Assembly: GCA_963977015.1 (NCBI GenBank)
Contig: CAXBMO010000011.1
Coordinates: 64,001-128,000 of the forward strand
Direction of reading: 5' to 3'
Length of the DNA stretch: 64,000 bases
DNA from: an uncultured bacterium
Lineage (GTDB): Bacteria; Verrucomicrobiota; Verrucomicrobiia; Verrucomicrobiales; DEV007
The position numbers and the translations under genes are program-made. Below, piece by piece: positions 57,719 through 64,000 of this stretch. The stretch's first letter is position 1, and each line of letters opens with the position of its first letter. Below the pieces are notes generated by a model. That model worked only from the letters and a program-made list of their open reading frames with translations, was not told the DNA's origin and searched no databases.

Positions 57719-57853
57719 CTGAGGAGGGGGGAATCAGAAGTCAACTATTGGGTAGTTGAGTCTTTTAATAAATATTATAAATATAATAAAACAATATGAA
57801 ATATTAAGATATTAGTGATCTAAAGGAACGGAGACTATATCGGGGCGCGATAC

Positions 57854-60064
57854 TTACTGGACTCTGGTCTCTGCTCTCCTCATCGAGCGGCCAATCGAAT
57901 TCCGAAGCAGTTCCCATAGAGTTTGTGGGATACCTGCATAAATTCTAACGTAGCCAATTTCACCGGTTTCGACTCGTTGGCTCGAGGTGGGGCTCAAATT
58001 GGCAACGGCCTCAAAATGAGGGGCTACCAGCTCGAATTGCCGCGCAAAGATATCGCCGGGATGTTCGGTCTTGATCGCATCCTCGTCGGAACTGGAGGCC
58101 AGAATTTTGCGGGCGACCAAAGGGCCGCCTGATGGGGTCACCAGTCCAAAGTGAGGTATCTGAGTGGAAGCATGAGGGTTCACTCGGGTGAGTTCTGCCG
58201 GAATTCGAGTAATACGCCCGCGAGCGAGAAAGGTTGCGGCTTTGCTCTTGCTATCTTGAAGGCGCATGGCGATTTCTTCCGGCAATGCCATGACGAGCTG
58301 TTTGGTCTCTGCCCGTCCAATGCTACACAGGAGCTGTCCTTTATCGAGATAGGTCCCTTTCAGATTGGCCAGGTCCCTGCCGCTGACGATACCATCACAG
58401 GGAGCCGTCAGGAACAAGGTGTCGACATACCTTTCCAGTTCAATCAGTTGTGTTCTCAGCGTGTTGAGCTGCTTTGATTCGGCTTGATATGCAGAAATAT
58501 TTTCAGACTGAAGATGGCGATCAGCAAGAATGGTGGATCGTTCAACGCTGAGACGAAGTTGCTCCAAACGAGCCTCTTCGTTTGAATTACGGAGTTTGGC
58601 CAACGGTTCACCTTCTTTGACATAGCTGCTGTTGGTGACAAGGAGCTCGTGAACAAAGCCGGGGCATTCCACGCGAACTTCACCATCATTCTTCCAAACG
58701 ACAACGGCGGGAACCTTCACGCTCGGAGTGATTTGGACAAGAGTGAATACCGCACCTATTCCACAGGCAATCAGGGCGATTCGAGCGTAAAATCCAGCCC
58801 TGGATACACCTTCGCTTCGTGCGCGTTTCTGAAGGTATTTTCGAACACTTTGGAGGAATGATAGGATTGTGGCGAGCCCAATCACAATGGCGATGAGAAG
58901 GCCTGTGCCATCCCATTGGCGGCTGAGGAGAGTGAGGATTCCAATGAGAACAATCCCTCTCCAGAAAAATGCAGCAAGGCCATAGATCGTGATCCACCAG
59001 CTACGGTCTTTTTCGGGAACTGGGTGATGATTGGGATCTGCCCCCAGGAGATAGCGTCTGAACCAGAAATTCGCGGAAGATTGGGCTTTCGCATAAAGAT
59101 TGGGAACTCCGGTCAAGTCGGCCAGAATATAGTAGCCATCAAAACGCATCAACGGATTGGCGTTGAACAGAATCGTCGTGACGCTGGAGATGACGATGGC
59201 TTCGTGCAATCCGCGACTCAGCATTCCGGGAGAAAGCTGAGACCAGACAATGGCTGCGATCCCGGCAAGGAAGAGTTCGCCATACATGCCGGCAGCACTG
59301 ACGAAAATGCGATTCCACTTGGAAGGAAACTTAACGGATGACGATGCGTTTACATAACCCAACGGGGTAATGAACATAAACATGACCACGCCCATTTCGG
59401 GCACACTCCCTCCAAATCGCTTGCAAACCAAGGCATGACAGCCTTCATGAAAAATTTTGATGACCACCCAGATGACGGTCAAGAGGAGGAGGTTCCCAAC
59501 TGCAAACATGCCCGCCGTTTCTTCCCGAAAGCGAGTCCAGTGATTGTTGACGGAAACGGCGCCCGCGATGAGAACCGCTATCCAGATGAGAAAGAACCGC
59601 TTGGATACCAACCAGCCGAAGAAGGGCGAGATCCAATCCAGGAAACGGTCAGGGTTGCCCAGGGGAATTCGCCAAAAGACGATGCTTCGACTTTGTTGCA
59701 CGAGTTTTTGGGCGTCCTGTTGGCGGTGATTCTCATCGCGTACCCGGTCGGCATGGACATTCCCGCCGCCCTCAAGTAATCCGGAGTCGGCCAGGGATCG
59801 CACGAGCGTCGTGGCAGCTTGCTCGGAGAGGGCATCGGCCTGTGCCTGAACGGAAAGTTTCCCCACCAATTCAGAGACCGTGGAACTTCCGTCCAACATC
59901 TGGAGGAAGTGATGTTCGATGTGCCCAATACTAAAATAGGTTCCAGCCAGGGGATCCTCCAAAACAAAGTTCCCGTCTTGTCGATAGATCTGGAGATCAT
60001 CGCGAAGCTTGGGCCGCAACGCGGATAGTTCGCGAGTGGATAGATTGGCTTCGGATCGCATCAT
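57854..60064 (-). CDS. Site-2 (M50) metallopeptidase fused to an N-terminal PqqD/RRE-like domain and a C-terminal HlyD-type adaptor domain
   Basis: HEGCH (HExxH in a TM segment), AG.YGE, NANPLMRFDGYY; N-terminal P.LR.DL...LEDP....YF...LDG..TV; C-terminal lipoyl / coiled-coil (APCDG.V). Confidence 0.88.
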   Translation of the reverse strand: MMRSEANLSTRELSALRPKLRDDLQIYRQDGNFVLEDPLAGTYFSIGHIEHHFLQMLDGSSTVSELVGKLSVQAQADALSEQAATTLVRSLADSGLLEGGGNVHADRVRDENHRQQDAQKLVQQSRSIVFWRIPLGNPDRFLDWISPFFGWLVSKRFFLIWIAVLIAGAVSVNNHWTRFREETAGMFAVGNLLLLTVIWVVIKIFHEGCHALVCKRFGGSVPEMGVVMFMFITPLGYVNASSSVKFPSKWNRIFVSAAGMYGELFLAGIAAIVWSQLSPGMLSRGLHEAIVISSVTTILFNANPLMRFDGYYILADLTGVPNLYAKAQSSANFWFRRYLLGADPNHHPVPEKDRSWWITIYGLAAFFWRGIVLIGILTLLSRQWDGTGLLIAIVIGLATILSFLQSVRKYLQKRARSEGVSRAGFYARIALIACGIGAVFTLVQITPSVKVPAVVVWKNDGEVRVECPGFVHELLVTNSSYVKEGEPLAKLRNSNEEARLEQLRLSVERSTILADRHLQSENISAYQAESKQLNTLRTQLIELERYVDTLFLTAPCDGIVSGRDLANLKGTYLDKGQLLCSIGRAETKQLVMALPEEIAMRLQDSKSKAATFLARGRITRIPAELTRVNPHASTQIPHFGLVTPSGGPLVARKILASSSDEDAIKTEHPGDIFARQFELVAPHFEAVANLSPTSSQRVETGEIGYVRIYAGIPQTLWELLRNSIGRSMRRAETRVQ

Positions 60065-60067
60065 CGC

Positions 60068-61918
60068 TTAGGGAAGTTGACGAAGTAGCCAGTTGGTTGG
60101 TGCACGGAGAATGGTCCAAACCGCGGGACGCCAGGGACCATGAATGGTGGCGCGCCCAATTCCTCCGGGGCGAAGGGATTCTTCCGGGTTGGCGATGGTT
60201 GCCTGGCAGACAAACACGTTTTCGCCGTTGCGAAACTCGGAATGGGGGGAAACAAGCGTCAAGTTGGCCTTCCACGTTTTCCCCGGATGAGAGTCAAATC
60301 TCATGGTTACCGATGCGTTGTCCCTGATGAGTGCAATGTCAGACTCCTCGACGGCGATCTCGGCCTGCATCGAATCCAGGGATCCGATTTCAAACAGGCG
60401 CTCGCCGAGTCGAATGATGGCTCCTTCATTTCTTTTGAGGTCGCCGCGTAACACGCGCCCCTCGATTGGAGATTTAATCTGAAGGTTTTCCTGGCGATAA
60501 GTAAGAACGTTGGCCGTTTCGGCTAAGCTGTCGGCTTCGAGTCGAGCCATTTGGGATTCAGCAATTTGGCCGGAACTCATGGCGGCATCCGCCTGTTTCT
60601 CAGCTCGAAGTCGACGGGCGTTGGCGTCGGCCAATTGCCACCGAATTTCACGATCATCCAGGTCCGCAAGCAGTTGTCCGGTTTGGACGACTTCTCCGGG
60701 TTCAACGTGTGCCTTCCGAAGAATGCCATCAAAAGGGGCGGAAACGATTCTTCGGACGGTGGGTTGTAATGTAACCGGGGCATCGACCGGGATCGGGATC
60801 GGAGCGGCCGCGAAGGCGCCCAGACAAATGAGCAAGCTCACGACAAAGCGTCTTTGGTTCGACTTTGCTCGTCCCCACATGCGATGGAGTCGACCGGTCA
60901 TCGCTCCTGGCTTGCCTTTGTGCAGAAGGTGAAGTTGCGGACCTATCAGGTGTTGAGCGGTTTTGAGAAACCGCATCAGTTCCGGAAGCCCTTCCGGCTT
61001 CTTCTTCCAAAGGAACAACCATGCGCCGACAACCCGGTCGTTGTAATAGAGGGGCGCGCACCAATAGTGTTGAGAGGTTGAGTTCCCAAGAAGGGATTGA
61101 ATCTCGGAAGACGCGAGAAAGACGGCGTTGTCAGTCGAATCCAGTTCCCGCTTTCCGTGCACGGTTTCGGTAAGGAGCGCCTGGATCGCGGTTCCCCCTG
61201 CACTCTTCAAAGGAGAATCGCTCTGCATTCCGGAAACGGCCTGTAGCTTGACGTTGCCCGTCTGCTGAGTCGTCGCCAATGCGACGCGGTCACACTTTGC
61301 CAGAACTTGAAGGATATCGACCAATTGAGTGGCTGCGGTGGGGAAATCACTGGCGCAGCCCGTTTTTTCCATGGCCTCGAAAAGTCCGCCAATACGTTGG
61401 GCGGCGAGATTCTCAACCTGGTGCCTCACTTCATCTTCGAGCGCATAGAAGAGCAAGGCGAACCACTGCAGGGTTGCCAATTCTCCTGTCCGCTCAATGC
61501 CGTCGTCATAAGGCATAACCAGACAAAGTCCGTAGTCGATTTTACCTTGTTGTAAGATCGGGACGGTGATGAACGCCAGCGGGGTGTCCTGGACCTCAAA
61601 GTAGTCCGTGCGAGCCTTGCGCTCTTGGCGGCTGAGCATTCCGGTGTGCCAAACACAGGAGATGAGATCCTCCTCCGTGGGACCTTCGGCGAGCGTTATG
61701 GTGGGGGTCGTTTCGTCGCGGAAATCAACCTGGTATGCCCCAATCGCGCGAAAGAGGTGCTTGATGAGGGAAAGCCCGGTTTGACCGCGGAGATGAAAAG
61801 GTAGCTTCGAGATCGACGATATCGCCTCATGCGCACTGGAGTGGCTCAATACCGAACGCTGCGCCAGTCTTTCGGTGGGGATACCCGTTGATCGAGGCTG
61901 CGAGGACGTCATGGTCAT
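60068..61918 (-). CDS. GAF-like domain(s) + TM + HlyD-type membrane fusion protein
   Basis: N-terminal GAF-like patterns (ITVPI....GLCL; CDRVALA...APL....VVGA), one TM helix, then SAPFDGIL..V.PG..V..GQLL..LD and IKSPIEG.V. Confidence 0.82.
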   Translation of the reverse strand: MTMTSSQPRSTGIPTERLAQRSVLSHSSAHEAISSISKLPFHLRGQTGLSLIKHLFRAIGAYQVDFRDETTPTITLAEGPTEEDLISCVWHTGMLSRQERKARTDYFEVQDTPLAFITVPILQQGKIDYGLCLVMPYDDGIERTGELATLQWFALLFYALEDEVRHQVENLAAQRIGGLFEAMEKTGCASDFPTAATQLVDILQVLAKCDRVALATTQQTGNVKLQAVSGMQSDSPLKSAGGTAIQALLTETVHGKRELDSTDNAVFLASSEIQSLLGNSTSQHYWCAPLYYNDRVVGAWLFLWKKKPEGLPELMRFLKTAQHLIGPQLHLLHKGKPGAMTGRLHRMWGRAKSNQRRFVVSLLICLGAFAAAPIPIPVDAPVTLQPTVRRIVSAPFDGILRKAHVEPGEVVQTGQLLADLDDREIRWQLADANARRLRAEKQADAAMSSGQIAESQMARLEADSLAETANVLTYRQENLQIKSPIEGRVLRGDLKRNEGAIIRLGERLFEIGSLDSMQAEIAVEESDIALIRDNASVTMRFDSHPGKTWKANLTLVSPHSEFRNGENVFVCQATIANPEESLRPGGIGRATIHGPWRPAVWTILRAPTNWLLRQLP

Positions 61919-62360
61919 GGCAAGGGAGGCGAAGGCTGAACAAAGTGAAGAGGGAGGTGCTTATCTTGCCTGGGATCCTGCGGTAATTTTCGGTCTTCCG
62001 TCCGGGAAGAGCACGACGATCAGTGGTGTCGGGGAAAGCAAAGGAGGCTGTTTCATGAGGGGGCTTAATTCTAAGCCTTCAAGATATTAAACGCAAATTA
62101 TATTATAATTACCATAATAATGTATGGAGGTGATGATCATAAGGTTTTCCTAACCACTGAATGAATACGCAGCTTCGCGAAAAGCTGGTTCAGCCGCATG
62201 TTCCGTAGCTTCCTGGGCACAGGGGAACGCCTGAAACGAGTGCCTCAGTTGCAATGGCAAGCGGTTGACATGCGCCGGTGGACGGCGAGCCGGGTGAGAG
62301 CACCTACTTCACTGCCGGAAAGGGGGAATGGTGGGAGCGGAAAAGTTCCGCCGATAGGTC

Positions 62361-64000
62361 TTAGGCCGCTGCGGCAGCCGCTGCTGCTGCATCATCCATT
62401 GCGGGAACGGGTGCATTTGTGCCTTCGCCCATTGCTTCCTCAGAAGTTGGGGCGGGTTCCTGGGGGAGCGCCTCGATATTGCCCTGAGTTTGGTTCGGCG
62501 AATCAAGATTGACCGCAGTTCCGTCATCCGTAATCACCTCCAAGGGTGCGTCGCTTCCTTCAGGCTCAACAAGATCTTGTGAAGACGTTTCATGGTAAAC
62601 GAATTGAGCGTCCGCCGCAGTTGACTCAGTGCCATCCGCGAAGCGGACGATGCTTTCACCATGAATCAACACATCACCGTCGGCCGCCGTGTATTCAATG
62701 CCATCACTAACCAAGCCAATGGACTCGATTCCTGCTTCAGTCAGCGATCGAAGTTCGCCTTCGCTCACCATTCCGTCGCCGTCCGCATCCTGCCAGATTT
62801 TGAAGGATTCAAACTCACTATCCGCTGCGGAAAGCACTTGGTCACTGTCGGAATCGAAGTAGAGAAGGCCTTCCATATCGGTTTTGGCGCCATCCACATA
62901 GTCTGTAAATGAGACTTCATGTTTGCCGGAGATTTGGCCATCCTGGTCGGAATCGTAAACCAGAACCGCGTCATCCTGATGTGCCCAAGCGGTTTGTTCC
63001 TGAGCCCCGTCTCCGTCGATATCGAAGCGGATCCCTTCTGCAGCTGAGAGGAACTCGACACCGTCGCCATCCAAATCGATGACGACCGGCGGGGCGGCGG
63101 TAAGCACAAAAATCGTCATCTGAGCTTCGGAACTGACTCCCGTTCCGTCCGTGGCCGTTACTTCGATAAATCGCGGGGTGATGGAGGGGGATGATTCCGT
63201 GTTCTCAAAGGTGATGGCCTGGAGCGCGGTGGTGTAATCCGCCAGGCTGGCCGTTCCCGTCAAGGTGATGGTGAGGGTGCCGGCACCCGATGACGCCACG
63301 GCGCTGATGGAGGCGGGAATGCCGGTGCTATTAAGGACATCGCCGGTTTGCGCATTCGTCAGGGTAATGGTCATGCCCTCGAGATTTGCCGAGTTGAAGT
63401 CGGTGACGTAGCCATCGCTGTCAGCGATGTTAACCGCGTCACCACCTTCGACGAAGCGGGCATACGCCGCGTGGGGCTTGCCACCCGTGCTGGAGTCCTG
63501 GTCCAACACCACATGGGGACGAAACAGGTCGTTGGCCACGGTGGGGTCAGCCGCGCCATCGTTCTGGCCGGAGGGATTACCCTGGGCAAGATAGGTGCCT
63601 TCTCCGGTGATCGTATTCACCGAATAGATCCGGCCGCTATCGTTGTTGAGGATGGCCACATTCCCGTTGGCATCGGAAAACGCTCCGCCCCACGCACTGC
63701 CGTCAGAGGAATGCAAGGGAATCGCATTCGCAAAACTCGTAATCGTCCCGTCCATCGTCATGGAGTAAACCGTGCTGCCCAGGGCTGCCCAAAACAGGTT
63801 ATTCACCGGATCATAGGCGATGTCATGAAAGGTGGCGCTTTCGGACTGGTCAAAGGTTCCGACTTTGGTGCCGTTTTGCACATCGTAGATACTCCACGAA
63901 TCGGTGTTACCCCTTTTGGCATACAGATAACCGTCCGCGGGATTGAATTCCCCCACATATTCACCATTGGCAATACCCGAGCCGATGACGGAGGATGCGC
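62361..64000 (-). CDS. Large acidic secreted protein, C-terminal part (5' end beyond the window): beta-propeller-like region, Ig-like repeat, Ca-binding DxDxDG-rich domain
   Basis: The frame is open to the window edge. Motifs FHDIAYDP...NN.SG.IY...NDGA, GTASLADY..ALQAITF.N and PVVIDLDGDG...FDIDGDG....TAW...WQDADGDG....GEL.SL...GI.SI; poly-Ala tail. Confidence 0.85.
   Translation of the reverse strand, partial: ASSVIGSGIANGEYVGEFNPADGYLYAKRGNTDSWSIYDVQNGTKVGTFDQSESATFHDIAYDPVNNLFWAALGSTVYSMTMDGTITSFANAIPLHSSDGSAWGGAFSDANGNVAILNNDSGRIYSVNTITGEGTYLAQGNPSGQNDGAADPTVANDLFRPHVVLDQDSSTGGKPHAAYARFVEGGDAVNIADSDGYVTDFNSANLEGMTITLTNAQTGDVLNSTGIPASISAVASSGAGTLTITLTGTASLADYTTALQAITFENTESSPSITPRFIEVTATDGTGVSSEAQMTIFVLTAAPPVVIDLDGDGVEFLSAAEGIRFDIDGDGAQEQTAWAHQDDAVLVYDSDQDGQISGKHEVSFTDYVDGAKTDMEGLLYFDSDSDQVLSAADSEFESFKIWQDADGDGMVSEGELRSLTEAGIESIGLVSDGIEYTAADGDVLIHGESIVRFADGTESTAADAQFVYHETSSQDLVEPEGSDAPLEVITDDGTAVNLDSPNQTQGNIEALPQEPAPTSEEAMGEGTNAPVPAMDDAAAAAAAAA

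Overview
A GC-rich bacterial chromosomal window, probably Verrucomicrobiota or another PVC lineage; this is inferred from the DUF1501, DUF1549/DUF1553, sulfatase and DUF1080 content and the scarcity of Shine-Dalgarno sites. The left 41.6 kb is mostly housekeeping and carbohydrate genes: rplS-rnhB-yraN, tRNA-Asp, a GHMP-kinase/UDP-sugar-pyrophosphorylase fusion beside a GalU-like gene, sulfatases, lemA, gspE, dxr, uxaE, ebo-like UbiA and dehydroquinate-synthase genes, a DEAD-box helicase, engB and a stand-alone OvoA-type methyltransferase. Two small AT-rich islets interrupt this. The one at 12.1-14.0 kb holds a candidate antisense sRNA switch. The one at 21.4-22.9 kb holds a decayed gene followed by a PLD-like and membrane-protein pair. 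The right 22.3 kb (41678 to the window end, minus strand) is one co-oriented export locus. It encodes three HlyD-type adaptors (plain, GAF-fused, M50-peptidase-fused), a TolC-family channel and a C-terminally truncated SecA paralogue. It also encodes a 3761-aa protein with a LEPRxLL leader and isopeptide-type repeats, plus a second large acidic protein cut by the window edge. No ABC or RND transporter gene is visible, so this is the best candidate for an unusual secretion system. All family calls come from motif recognition by eye; no searches were run.
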